A stretch of 64,000 nucleotides of DNA from Planctomycetota bacterium (GCA_046290465.1 JBKAGP010000001.1:864001-928000); one strand, 5' to 3'. Shown: positions 8,001-17,011, counted from the first letter of the stretch. Program-made: numbers and translations. The notes: generated from the sequence alone by a model not told the origin.

Positions 8001-10268
8001 CGGCAGGCCGAGTTCGGCGAGCGGCAGGTTGACCTGCACCGCGGTGCGCTCGACGCCGGCCGGCGAGTCGCTCGGGTTGGGGTCGATGCCGGCCTCGTCG
8101 ATCACTTCGACCACCAGGTTGCCGTCGCGAGAGAGCACTGCGAGCCGGTTGCGGTCCGGGTCGCCGTCACCGTGGTCGAACAGGATCCGGTTCTCGAGCG
8201 TCTGCGGCTCGAGCCAGAACGAGGTCGCGAACCGCCCCATGAAGCCGCCGTCCACCGAGAACGGGAACGAGATCTGGTCGTGGCGACGGTTGCCGCCGGT
8301 CTGCGGCTGGCCACCGGGCTCGGTCGGCCCGGTGTTGTTCATGATGTAGGGGCCTTCCTTCTGCACGTCGCGGCCGCGCCGGTTGGGACCGAACGAGAAC
8401 GACTCGAGGCCGACGATGCCCTGCGCACCGCGCCACTGGCCGCGTCGCGAGATCGACGTCGCCGGCTCGATGCCGGAGTCGGCCGGATCGTCGACCGCGT
8501 AGCGGGCTGCGCCGAGGCCCATGCTCGGGTAGGCGATCGGCACCAGATGCGGCAGGTAGCGCGAGGCCGGGTCGTTGCCGGTCGAGGTCGGCTGCAGGTG
8601 GCCGAGGTTGATCGGCGACGTCAGCCAGAACGGCGACCGACGATCGAGCACGAACGCGTCCTCGAACTCGATCTGCGTCTCCCAGCGGCGCTCCATCTGG
8701 AAGCCGGGCAGGATCGCGGCCTTGCCGGTGCGTTCGTGGCGGCCGACCACGCCCGGCGCGACCACGCTGCGCTTCTTGCTGGCGGCGGCGCGGTAGGTCA
8801 CCCACGGCCCCGACTTGAAGCAGAGCGGCGCGGTGCCCATCTCGAGCACGCTGTCGCGGCCGGTGCGCACGTTGCGGTACAGGTCGACCCACTTGTTGCG
8901 GCCCTGGTTGTTGCCCTCGGCCTGCAGCTTCGGCGCGAAGAAGCGCTCGACCAGGTCCTGCCAGCCGGTGAACGGGCCCCCGCCCGCCACGCCGGTCGCT
9001 TGGAAGCGCAGCATCACGATCTCGTCGGCCAGCTCGGCGGCGGCGCGCGGCGAGATGTTCGGCGGCGCGCTGCTGCGGCGCTGGTTGTCGGCCGGGATCT
9101 GCAGGCCGTCGCTGCGGCGCACGTGCGCGAACAGCGCGGTCAGCACCTCGCGCGGCGCGGTGTTGACGTTGACCGGTGCCGGCACCAGCGGCTCGACCAC
9201 CGTGTCGACGGCCGGGAAGCCCTTCTGCACCGGCATCAGCAGGTCGAGATGGAACACCGACGGCAGCTGCAGCTGGGCCCGGCCCGGCTGCTGGGTCGCC
9301 GCCCGCATCAGCACCCCGTACTCGGACTCACCGGTGGCGACGTTGCGGATCCGGACCGTGCTGCCGGCCCCGAGGTGCAGCGCCGACTTGACCGTCAGGC
9401 GCCGCGACATGCCGGCCTGCAGCTCGTTGAAGACGCGCTCGGGGCGCCCCCACGACGGCGCCGTCTCGGCCTGCGCGTCGACCGCGAACGCCCGCGCGAA
9501 CGCGTCCATCTCGGCGGCCGTGAACGCCCCCATCTCGGCCTTCTGGATCTCGAGCAGCTCGCCGACGCTCTTGTACGGCACCCGCTTGCCGTCGCGATCC
9601 GGCCCGAAGAACGGCCAGATCGCCGCCAGCACGCAGCGGTAGTCGAGCACCAGCGCCTGCTGGCGCACCCCGGCGGTGCCGTCGGCGAAGCCGTATTCCT
9701 GCAGCAGGCCGCGCTGCACGCCGAGCAGCGAGCTGCCGTCCTTGCTGTCGTAGCTGACGACCTCGTTGGCGAGCCACAGGTAGCCCTGTTCGGGCAGCTT
9801 CGACGCGTCGTCGACGACCATCGTGGTCGCGTCGGGTTCGAAGTCCTCGCCCAGGCGCGTCGCGGTGCCGATCACGTTGGCGAGCAGCAGCGGGGACGCC
9901 GAGTCCAGCGACAGGAAGCGCTGCAGGTCGGTGACCTCGCCGCCGAGCAGCACGCGGCCGTCCTCGCGGATCGCGTCGAACGCCTCGGGCAGGTCGACGC
10001 CGGCCGGCCACTCGTCGAGGCCGTCGTAGTCGGGCGTCTCGTCGAACGCCGGGTGCGACATCGCGACGTCGGCCAGCAGCAGGTCGCGCACGCTCGCCGA
10101 GGCCTGCTCGGTGGCAGCCTGGTCGACGTCGCGCATGGCCGCGTCGGCGCCGACGCTCATCGACACCGCGAACGGCAGCGCCAGCAGCATCAGCAGGGTC
10201 AACGCGAACAGCACGGCGAGCAGGGCCAGGCCCCGTTCGTCCCGCTCCGGATGCACGTCACGGATCAT
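5085..10268 (-). CDS. Giant (1727 aa) GspK/PilX-like prepilin with split LamG-like domain and repeated beta modules; putative tip adhesin
   Basis: ERG|LALLAVLFALTLLMLLA (no Glu at +5, typical of GspK/PilX); VNVNTAPREVLTAL GspK-like motif; FATSFWL...VFVDG and IGG...QGVVDEVEV. Confidence 0.8.
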   Translation of the reverse strand: MIRDVHPERDERGLALLAVLFALTLLMLLALPFAVSMSVGADAAMRDVDQAATEQASASVRDLLLADVAMSHPAFDETPDYDGLDEWPAGVDLPEAFDAIREDGRVLLGGEVTDLQRFLSLDSASPLLLANVIGTATRLGEDFEPDATTMVVDDASKLPEQGYLWLANEVVSYDSKDGSSLLGVQRGLLQEYGFADGTAGVRQQALVLDYRCVLAAIWPFFGPDRDGKRVPYKSVGELLEIQKAEMGAFTAAEMDAFARAFAVDAQAETAPSWGRPERVFNELQAGMSRRLTVKSALHLGAGSTVRIRNVATGESEYGVLMRAATQQPGRAQLQLPSVFHLDLLMPVQKGFPAVDTVVEPLVPAPVNVNTAPREVLTALFAHVRRSDGLQIPADNQRRSSAPPNISPRAAAELADEIVMLRFQATGVAGGGPFTGWQDLVERFFAPKLQAEGNNQGRNKWVDLYRNVRTGRDSVLEMGTAPLCFKSGPWVTYRAAASKKRSVVAPGVVGRHERTGKAAILPGFQMERRWETQIEFEDAFVLDRRSPFWLTSPINLGHLQPTSTGNDPASRYLPHLVPIAYPSMGLGAARYAVDDPADSGIEPATSISRRGQWRGAQGIVGLESFSFGPNRRGRDVQKEGPYIMNNTGPTEPGGQPQTGGNRRHDQISFPFSVDGGFMGRFATSFWLEPQTLENRILFDHGDGDPDRNRLAVLSRDGNLVVEVIDEAGIDPNPSDSPAGVERTAVQVNLPLAELGLPANTPVHLNVSAPTGRPGDMSVFVDGMTRGKRNYCTYLSAPIPAFDPTLANNSVGYGQDPNATNGNERFLSITVESTENFPQVGVLRIGLELFEYSSISGNTFVCEWRDSLGGRGARQIGREHRPNIPVDQNGEPTVDVNDPQFQGLNLDVFPEHPVGSLVELYGYGAVLTEDTPMMVGKTQLADAIGQFAVARGFVSNPDPISLVPLQGPPIPVGVGIDENWTGDLELADPVPTGDDQPPPNASDEIASAFSTSGGYALLLQERIGFENNTNGQISGTPAEVGGIELIRYASRQGTRLVNVQRAQTLPGEDNRISNDLYNAQARKFITDYPNDWQLAGGEGTWDDLPTRILWVVPVSITVQNANVIWDPAVTNTSEWVQLLPAGQDADLEWVRYDAIADNRFLVRGNRSAWQSLFQELTRTVTRTRVGIGQLGPDAPTVPTTPPWGTVTASANFIGYTPQLESTFPQIHWARRRLAFRGDPFTGTSSHPQNNAQVTQCQRVQLLWGNYGAYTGRVGRHDRVALVQGSVASGTSRPAVEWHTCTWGARRFGSDNLQQDRTPPELFGPKPFQLIAFRDEVRNQYIGPPQNTQIQDPRQYDRIVKFPSGELPAAFCPNPSIGGGVNGEQQMQGVVDEVEVVSHVAPDLVLDEIMDANAQQLTTNPFFTNTSLGALWAGGADLSARFPESGGLIQVDDEVMAYSARANGVFTIANNGRGLLNTEARGHDRGARVKFLSHRPAAILAGGVGGNESVLTVQDIGPLPLAGTLLMGQELLHYSWSRRNANTLEMPNWYPPNPDGTVDTSTSAARGLFRGRYGTAPQGAASGEVVIQFPFRHWDRYADFSDDPELSYFQFTTNEAPVYYRDLQWREETIDPRVRVICRVRTDSLAPWTAVPDEFPGLWEFSGGSSDSKPHRIGRQASRLEVRFHTVYQPGCLDLQAFTQHGWKTSARVEDVRVQYEGQSRILDEQVTAR

Positions 10269-11224
10269 CGGCCAGCCTCCACGGCGTCCAGGTCCTCGTA
10301 GGTGATCACGGGGGCATCGACCGCTTCGCCGCGCTTGTCGTAGGTGAAGCGGAAGGTCTCGGTCGGCTGCAGCTCCATCGGCAGGTACTGCGGCGGCGCG
10401 AACGCGAACGCCAGCAGCCGCACCTCGTCGACGATGCCCGGGATCGCGGAGCCGACCGGCGAGATGTCGAGCGCCATGTTCTGCTCCTGCTCGGGCACGC
10501 CGCTCGCCGCTACGCGCGCGAACTCGCGCTCGTCGACCTGGAGCCAGAACGAACGGCCGTCGTAGCCGACCTCGAGCGTCGACCAGCGCCGCAGCGGCAT
10601 CGACAGTTGGCTCTGCAGCGACTTGCGCTGCGCCTGGCCCTGGCCGTCGGTCACCCGCAGGCGCGCATCGGGCCGCAGGTCGTCATCGAGGCGCACTTCG
10701 AGCATCGGCGGCATCTCGAGCACGACGCAGTCCTGACGTTCTTCGAGGAACAGGTCGAGGCGCAGCACGAAGCCGTCGCGCAGGTCCGCCAGCCGCGGCG
10801 GCAGCGGCCAGCGCAGCAGCGGCACCTTGTCGTCCTCGAGCGGCCGGCGCGCCGCGCCGAACCGGCCCGCAGTGACCTCTTCGCCGGCGAGGGCGGGGCG
10901 CATGCGCGCATCGAGGAACGGCTGGCCGGGCTCGAACTGGAACGACACCACCGGCTCGAGCAGCCGCGACTGCACCATCGCCGGCTCGCCCTCGGCGCCG
11001 GGCCGCACCCAGACCTCGGTCGGCACGCCTTCGGCGCGGGCCGTCATCTGCGCCGCCCGTCGCTCGCCGCGCAGGATCGTCTGCGCGACCATGTCGGGGT
11101 CGGTGCGGCCGAGGTAGCCGAGGCCGATGCCCATCAGCACCGAGATGATGCCGATGACGGCCAGCAGCTCGAGCAGCGTGAAGCCCGCCTCGGCCGCGTG
11201 GAATCGGGGTGCGGCGCGGTGCAT
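10265..11224 (-). CDS. Prepilin-type FimU/GspH-like minor pilin with inserted LamG-like domain
   Basis: AG|FTLLELLAVIGIISVLMGI; AQMTARAEGVPTEV; WSTLEVGYDG...LQVD...PGIVDEVRL; FTYDKRG. Confidence 0.8.
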   Translation of the reverse strand: MHRAAPRFHAAEAGFTLLELLAVIGIISVLMGIGLGYLGRTDPDMVAQTILRGERRAAQMTARAEGVPTEVWVRPGAEGEPAMVQSRLLEPVVSFQFEPGQPFLDARMRPALAGEEVTAGRFGAARRPLEDDKVPLLRWPLPPRLADLRDGFVLRLDLFLEERQDCVVLEMPPMLEVRLDDDLRPDARLRVTDGQGQAQRKSLQSQLSMPLRRWSTLEVGYDGRSFWLQVDEREFARVAASGVPEQEQNMALDISPVGSAIPGIVDEVRLLAFAFAPPQYLPMELQPTETFRFTYDKRGEAVDAPVITYEDLDAVEAGR

Positions 11225-11225
11225 G

Positions 11226-11882
11226 TCAGTTGGACGGCCAGACGACGTCGTCGTCAGTGCCGAAATCGAGATCGGGGCCGGCGCTGAGCAGCTGGAACTT
11301 GCGCTGGCCGTAGTACGAACCGTCCTCGCGCTTCTTCGCCTTGACGGTGACCGCCGCCTCGCCGACCGCCGGAACGACCTGCTGCGGCTTGTCGATGTTG
11401 AGCTTGCTGAAGTAGGCCATCGGCGTGCCCCAGCCGTCGGCGACCTCGTAGCGGCCGCGCATGCCGTCGAGCAGCGGCAGCGCTTCGCCGTGGCTGTCCT
11501 CGTCGGTGTTGATCAGCGCGTCGCCGAGGTCGGCCAGGCTGGTGCCGTCCTTCTTGTTCTGGCTCAGCATCACCACCAGCGACTCGATCCCGGTGTTCTT
11601 GCCGTTGTCGGCCTTCCAGGTCGGCTTCTTGTTGGCGCGCAGGTACTTGAGGTCGTCGCTCGGGTAGGTCCCGTTGACCCGCTCGAACTTCTCGATCGCG
11701 TTCTTCAGCTGCAGCATGCGCGCCTCGGTCGCCGCCTGGTCGGCGGCGCCGCGGGTGTCGAGCACGCGCGGCAGCAGCACCGCGGCGAGCGTGCCGATGA
11801 TCGCGATCACGATCAGCAGTTCGATCAGCGTGAAGCCGCGCTGGCCGGCCAAAGGGGCGGAGAGATCGGAACGAACGGTCAC
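11226..11882 (-). CDS. GspG-like major pseudopilin
   Basis: RG|FTLIELLIVIAIIGTLAAVLLP; AIEKF...GTYPS; DGWGTPMAY; FQLLSAGPDLDFGTDDDV. Confidence 0.85.
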   Translation of the reverse strand: MTVRSDLSAPLAGQRGFTLIELLIVIAIIGTLAAVLLPRVLDTRGAADQAATEARMLQLKNAIEKFERVNGTYPSDDLKYLRANKKPTWKADNGKNTGIESLVVMLSQNKKDGTSLADLGDALINTDEDSHGEALPLLDGMRGRYEVADGWGTPMAYFSKLNIDKPQQVVPAVGEAAVTVKAKKREDGSYYGQRKFQLLSAGPDLDFGTDDDVVWPSN

Positions 11883-14596
11883 TAGCGGGCCTCCTTGCGG
11901 CGCTCGAGTCGGTAGTTGTCGAAGGCGACGTCGGTGTGCGCCCGCTTGTTGCCGGACGTGAACAGGATCGTCTTCAATGCCGTGTTGGTGCTGCGGGTCA
12001 GCAGCTTGAGCTGCTGGCTGTGCACCATCGCATCGTTGCAGTAGACCTGCAGGATCAGCTGCCGGGCGTCCTCGTCACCGTTGGGCACGACCCGCAGCTC
12101 GAGCTCCTGGGAGCCGCTGCGCATCAGGCTCTGCGGCAGCTTCTTGCGCACCGGCTCGGCGGCGTTGTTGCCGCCGGCGCCGTCGACGACGGTGACCATC
12201 GGCTGGCCCTGGTAGACGCCGACCCGCGCCGAGAAGTCGACGCCCTGGCGGCCGCGATGGATCTCGATGCCGATGCCGTTCCACGACTCGCTGGTGTCGG
12301 TGCCGGGCAGCACCTCCAGCTCGACGCTGGTGGCGAGGAAGTTCTTGCCGCGCGCGATCGCGTCGACCCGCTCGGCATAGACCTCGCCAGCTCCGCTCGT
12401 CGAGAACGTGCCATCGAAGACCAGGCGGCCGTCGCGGATCCTGGCGCCGAGCGCCTTGTCGGCATCCCAGCTCCACAGGTCCCCCGGCGCATCGCGGTCG
12501 AAGCTGTCGCCGAGCGCCTCCTTCTGCGCGTGCGTCTCGATCGCCGACAGCGTCGCGCCGGCCCACTTGCCGAGCTCGCTGTCGCGGCCGAGGTCGCGTT
12601 CGACGCGCTCGAGCGTGGTGACGGCGTCGTCGACGCGGTTGCGGCTGTAGGCGACCACCGCCAGCGCGCCCTTGGCGTAGCCGCGCGCGGCGTCGTTCTC
12701 GACCAGGTCGCGCGCAGCCTCGAACGCGGCGCGGGCGGCGCGGCGGTCGGCGGCCTGGAACGCGCGCAGGCCCTGCAGCTCGAGCAGTTCGAGCTCCGGC
12801 TGCGGCGACAGCGCCACGGCCCGGTCCTGGTAGCGTCGCGCGGCCAGCCAGGCGGCCGCCTGGTCGGTGCCGGCCGCGTTCTGACCGAGCTCGTCCTGCA
12901 CCGCCGACATCTCGGCGATCGCGTGCACGAAGTCGTCGCGCACCCGCAGGCACTGCGTCAGCGCCTGCTCGGCGTCGCCGTACTGGCCCATCAGGCGCAG
13001 CGTGCGGCCCTTCAGGTAGAGCGCGTAGGGATCGTTGGGCGAAGCCTCGAGGGCCCGGTCGCAGTAGGCCAGCGCGGCCTCGAACTGGCTGGTGCGCGAG
13101 AACAGCAGCCCGAGGCCGGTCCAGGCACGGTGGCGCAGCAGCGGGTCCTCGTCGGCGATCTGCGTCAGCAGCGTGTAGGCCTCCTGCCACGAACCGCCGT
13201 TGAGCAGGCAGGCGGCGCGGCCGAGCCGGGCGGCGGCCGCGTCGTCGCTGGTCGCGGCCTGCTCGAACATCGAACGGGCGGCCGCCATGTCACCGGACGC
13301 GTAGGCGACGCAGCCGCGCAGGTAGCTGCGACCCGGCTCGCTCGGCGCCAGCTGGCGCGCGGCGGCGAGGTCACCGACGGCGAGCTGGCAGCCGACGATC
13401 GTGCGCACGATCTCGGCGCGCGCGACCGGGTCCTGCACGCTGCCGAGCGTCTGCTGGGCGCGGCGCGCGGCGTTGAGCGCCGGGATCGTGCGACCGCGCT
13501 TGCGGTAGAACTCGGCCAGCGTCCCGTGCGTCCTCGCGTCGGTCGGCGCCTTCTCGGTCGCCGCCCGCAGGTGCTGCTCGGCCTCGATCCACAGGCCGAG
13601 GCGCGCCTTGATGACGCCGAGGCCCATCAGGCGGAACGCGTCGGCCTCGTTGTCGCCGGTCGTTCCCTCGAGCAGCTTGACCTCTTCGGCGAGGTTGCCC
13701 ATCGCCTGCAGCACGCGCTGCATGATCCGGCGGCCGTCGAGGTTCTGCCCCGACATCTGCAGGTAGGCCTCCGACTGCTTCAGCGCCTCGTCGTAGACCC
13801 ACGCCTCGACCTTGGCCTGCTCGAGCAGCCACTCGATCAGCTGCAGGCGTTCGCCCTGGCGGCTGGCGTCGTTGGTCGGTACCGCGCGCACGCGGCGGGT
13901 CACCTCGTTGCGCAGCGTGTTTGCCAGCTCGAAGCGCGCCACCGGCTGGTTGCCGTCGCCGAACGGTTGCGGGCTGCCGAGCTTGCGCTTCTGCAGGCTG
14001 AACACGCGGAAGCGGATCTTGACGCCGTCGAAGGTGCGCCGCTGCTCGAGCTCGAACGGGTCGATACCCATCGCCGAGTCGAGCACGCCGTAGAACGGCT
14101 TGTTCAGGCCCTGCACGTAGAGGCGGTCGTAGAGCTTGGCCGCCTGCTCCTCGGTCATCGGCCCGACGCCGGTGTCCTGTGCGTCCTGCTCGCCGTCGCC
14201 GACCTCCTCGCCGTCGCCGGCTTCGGCGCCGCCCCCACCGGTGCGGTCGATGGTGACGTCCTCGACCTGTGCGCCGTCGAGGCGCAGCAGCCACGAGTGG
14301 CGGAAGTCGGGCCCGAAGTCGAGCGGCATGCCGCACAGCGACAGCGGCGGACGCGGCGGGAACTCGAGTTCGCGCGGCGGCAGCGGCTGGGTCTCGCTCG
14401 GCTCGGTGAAGAAGTTGCGCCGCGCCATCTCGGCGGCGTCGCCGTCGACCAGCGACGCCTCCTGGAACGCGCTCGGCTCGACCTCGATCGGATCGGGGTT
14501 GTAGCTGACGCGCAGCGGCTGGACCTCGAAGTAGTCGGTCGAGCAGTAGGCCGCCAACAGCACGACCAGGATCAACAGCACCTGTTCCTTGCGCAT
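11882..14596 (-). CDS. Membrane-anchored or secreted TPR-repeat protein (904 aa) with C-terminal beta-sandwich
   Basis: N-terminal hydrophobic segment; TPR units such as AWTGLGLLFSRTSQFEAALAYCDRALEASPNDPYALYLKGRTLRLMGQYGDA. Confidence 0.8.
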   Translation of the reverse strand: MRKEQVLLILVVLLAAYCSTDYFEVQPLRVSYNPDPIEVEPSAFQEASLVDGDAAEMARRNFFTEPSETQPLPPRELEFPPRPPLSLCGMPLDFGPDFRHSWLLRLDGAQVEDVTIDRTGGGGAEAGDGEEVGDGEQDAQDTGVGPMTEEQAAKLYDRLYVQGLNKPFYGVLDSAMGIDPFELEQRRTFDGVKIRFRVFSLQKRKLGSPQPFGDGNQPVARFELANTLRNEVTRRVRAVPTNDASRQGERLQLIEWLLEQAKVEAWVYDEALKQSEAYLQMSGQNLDGRRIMQRVLQAMGNLAEEVKLLEGTTGDNEADAFRLMGLGVIKARLGLWIEAEQHLRAATEKAPTDARTHGTLAEFYRKRGRTIPALNAARRAQQTLGSVQDPVARAEIVRTIVGCQLAVGDLAAARQLAPSEPGRSYLRGCVAYASGDMAAARSMFEQAATSDDAAAARLGRAACLLNGGSWQEAYTLLTQIADEDPLLRHRAWTGLGLLFSRTSQFEAALAYCDRALEASPNDPYALYLKGRTLRLMGQYGDAEQALTQCLRVRDDFVHAIAEMSAVQDELGQNAAGTDQAAAWLAARRYQDRAVALSPQPELELLELQGLRAFQAADRRAARAAFEAARDLVENDAARGYAKGALAVVAYSRNRVDDAVTTLERVERDLGRDSELGKWAGATLSAIETHAQKEALGDSFDRDAPGDLWSWDADKALGARIRDGRLVFDGTFSTSGAGEVYAERVDAIARGKNFLATSVELEVLPGTDTSESWNGIGIEIHRGRQGVDFSARVGVYQGQPMVTVVDGAGGNNAAEPVRKKLPQSLMRSGSQELELRVVPNGDEDARQLILQVYCNDAMVHSQQLKLLTRSTNTALKTILFTSGNKRAHTDVAFDNYRLERRKEAR

Positions 14597-14597
14597 G

Positions 14598-15401
14598 CTA
14601 CGCGTCCTCCTCTTGCTTCACGAACGCGATCCCCGACAGCGTCGCCTTGACCGTGATCGGCTCGCCCGGCCGCGCCGCCTCGGTCACCGTCAGGCGGTCG
14701 AGCACCAGCGTGCGGCCCGGCTTGCGGCACGACTCCAGGAAGTAGGCGAGCGTCGCCTCGTCGCACTGGAACTGCAGGTTGACGCGCTGCTGCTTGATCA
14801 GCTCGCTGATGTCGACGCCGCCGCGCCGGCGGCCCCGGCCGCGTCCGATCGTGCGCCGGCCGCGGTTGCTCTCGAGCTTGACGAACGCGATCGCGCTCAG
14901 CCCCTGGGCGTCCTCGTTCTCCTTGACGACGCGGTCGTGCGCGGCGAACAGCCGCTGCTGGGCCGCGTCGATCAGGTCGAGGCCGAACAGCGTGTCGCGG
15001 ATCTGGTCGATGCCGCTCGGCACCTCCCAGCTGATGTCGCTCTCCTCGACCAGCACGTCGCGGTCGCTCGCCGCGTTGACGATCTGCAGCCGCAGGTCGC
15101 GGCCGGTCTGGAACAGGTGGGTGTCGGCGGTGCCGGTCCACTGCCGGAACTTCGGCGCGACCTCGAAGGCCAGCTCCTTGGTCAGGCGCTCGCGCTCGGC
15201 GCCGAGCTTCTCGTTCTCATCCTGCGCGATCGACAGCGCCTCGCGGTTGTAGGCGTCGCGCAGGCGGTCCTGCTGGCGCGGGGTCGCGCCCGGCCCGGTC
15301 ACCGAGTCGATCACGGCGCTGCCGATCAGCCAGACGACCGCGCCGATCGCGCAGCCGACCAGCCACGGCTTGTTCTCCTGGGCGAATTCTCCGATGTCCA
15401 T
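14598..15401 (-). CDS. PilO/GspM-like inner-membrane pilus assembly protein (267 aa)
   Basis: MDIGEFAQENKPW + TM + coiled coil + ferredoxin-like end (VNLQFQCDEATLAYFLESC...LVLDRLTV...ITVKATLSGI); directly follows PilM-N. Confidence 0.65.
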   Translation of the reverse strand: MDIGEFAQENKPWLVGCAIGAVVWLIGSAVIDSVTGPGATPRQQDRLRDAYNREALSIAQDENEKLGAERERLTKELAFEVAPKFRQWTGTADTHLFQTGRDLRLQIVNAASDRDVLVEESDISWEVPSGIDQIRDTLFGLDLIDAAQQRLFAAHDRVVKENEDAQGLSAIAFVKLESNRGRRTIGRGRGRRRGGVDISELIKQQRVNLQFQCDEATLAYFLESCRKPGRTLVLDRLTVTEAARPGEPITVKATLSGIAFVKQEEDA

Positions 15402-17011
15402 CAGTTCGCCTCCAATTCGACGGTGAGCACGACGCGCTTGGCGCTGTCGGGGCTGGGACGTTCCTTCATGTCGGACACCAGCCGATCCTTGATCAGCGGA
15501 TCGGTGCGGAAGCTCTCGTAGAAGTTGACGATCTCGCGGCTCGGCTCGACGCCGTTGAGCTCCTTGGCCGCGAGCTCGACGGTCACGACCGGCAGCGCCT
15601 GGGCGCCGGCGCGGCCGCGCTTGTTGCCGACCTCGAACTTCTCGACCCACAGCTGCGGCTGCAGGTGCCGCGTGATCGCGCGCTGCACCCGCAGCACGCC
15701 GTGCAGCGGCAGCGCCCGCTGGCGCAGGTTCTGCACCAGCGCGCGGTCGATCTCGTTCTGCTCGATCAGCGCCGCGGCCTCTTCGTGGGTGCGGTTCTTG
15801 CCCGACACCATCTGCCGCATCTTGGTCTGGTAGCTGTTCTGCGCGGCCGCCGCCTCCTGGTTGTGGTTCACCTGCAGCGCGAACAGCGCCACGATCACCA
15901 CGCCGGCCAGGATGTTGAAGATCGTGCGCTGCTGGAAACGCTGCTTCTTGCGCACCGCCTCGGGCAGGATCTCGAGCGAATAGAGCGTGTCGTCGAGGCG
16001 GCCGACGGCGAGGCCGAGCGCGACCACGGCCTCGTGACGCATCTGCTCGAGCTGCTCGGCGTCGTCCGGCGGCAGCGCGCTCAGGTCGAGGTTGGCGAAC
16101 GGGTCGAACAGCTCGACCGGGCAGCGCAGGTTCTCGCGCAGCAGACCGCGCAGGCCGCGCAGGCGCGCGCCGCCGCCGCAGATCAGCACCTTGTCGAGGC
16201 GCAGGTCGCTGATCTTGGTCTGCGCCTTGCAGAACGACAGCGAACTGTTGATCGCCGCCGGGATCGACGTGGCCGCGCCGGCGGCGGCCATCGTGACCTT
16301 CTCGGCCTGGCCCGACTTGTAGTTGCCGCGACTGGCAGGATCGAGGTCGAGCAGGTCCTTCTTCAGCACCTCGGCCTTGCGCGCCGACACGTTGAAGTTG
16401 TTTGCGATCGCCTCGTCGAGCACCTTGGTGCCGCTGGTCAGGTTGCGCGCGAACAGCAGGTCGGTGCCGCGCACGATCGCCAGGTCGATGGTCTCGTGGC
16501 CGATGTTGACCAGCGCGACCACGGCGTCGGCGTCGACCGGCCCGCACTTCAGGTAGGCGTTGTAGAGCGCCGTGCAGTTGGGCACGAACGCCCCCACCGC
16601 GCCGCCACCGGCCACCACGTCGCCCTGCAGGCGTTCGAGCGCGTCGTCCTTGGCGAGCGCCAGCAGCACCGTGTCACTGCCCGACTCGTCGTCGATCGGC
16701 AGCAGGTTGTAGTCGGCCGAGAGCGCGCCGCCCGACTGTTGCGCCAGGTCCTGGATCTCCAGGTCCATCAGGTTGCGCAGCTGCCAGTCCGGGGTCGGCG
16801 GCACCTGGCTGTAGCGCAGCGTCATGTCGCGGCCGGCGAGGCCGCAGGTACTGTCCTTCAACGGGATGCCGGCTTCGGCCAGCGACATGTTGCCTTCGGC
16901 GCCCGGCAGGCCGGCGAAGCGCAGGACGCTGACGCCGTGCTTGCCGACCTGGGCGACGAGGACCTTGGCGCTGTGGCTGCCGATATCGACGGCGGTTGCT
17001 TTGCTTGCCAT
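15401..17011 (-). CDS. pilM: Type IV pilus assembly protein PilM fused to PilN-like domain
   Basis: AVDIGSHSAKV; ALVNIGHETIDL; VLICGGGARLRGL; VELFDPF; AVVALGLA; then LEILPE + TM + coiled coil + LWVEKF. Confidence 0.85.
   Translation of the reverse strand: MASKATAVDIGSHSAKVLVAQVGKHGVSVLRFAGLPGAEGNMSLAEAGIPLKDSTCGLAGRDMTLRYSQVPPTPDWQLRNLMDLEIQDLAQQSGGALSADYNLLPIDDESGSDTVLLALAKDDALERLQGDVVAGGGAVGAFVPNCTALYNAYLKCGPVDADAVVALVNIGHETIDLAIVRGTDLLFARNLTSGTKVLDEAIANNFNVSARKAEVLKKDLLDLDPASRGNYKSGQAEKVTMAAAGAATSIPAAINSSLSFCKAQTKISDLRLDKVLICGGGARLRGLRGLLRENLRCPVELFDPFANLDLSALPPDDAEQLEQMRHEAVVALGLAVGRLDDTLYSLEILPEAVRKKQRFQQRTIFNILAGVVIVALFALQVNHNQEAAAAQNSYQTKMRQMVSGKNRTHEEAAALIEQNEIDRALVQNLRQRALPLHGVLRVQRAITRHLQPQLWVEKFEVGNKRGRAGAQALPVVTVELAAKELNGVEPSREIVNFYESFRTDPLIKDRLVSDMKERPSPDSAKRVVLTVELEAN

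Noticed and set aside
3862..10268. Prophage or tailocin, suggested by phage-like repeats
   Set aside because: Both proteins begin with prepilin signal peptides, and no capsid, terminase, sheath, integrase or lysis genes are seen
5079..10301. 1740-aa plus-strand ORF and similar long antisense or alternate-frame ORFs (11936-14650, 15665-19180, 24793-28197 part, 24854-28231, 28036-31344, 57485-59998, 60116-63592)
   Set aside because: Shadow frames of real genes in high-GC DNA; Arg/Ala/Gly-rich with no motifs, and they mirror well-supported genes
15401..17011. PilM-PilN fusion (and likewise the AroD-AroE fusion at 62365-63873) as a novelty
   Set aside because: As I recall, both fusions are already known in Planctomycetes; used only as taxonomic hints
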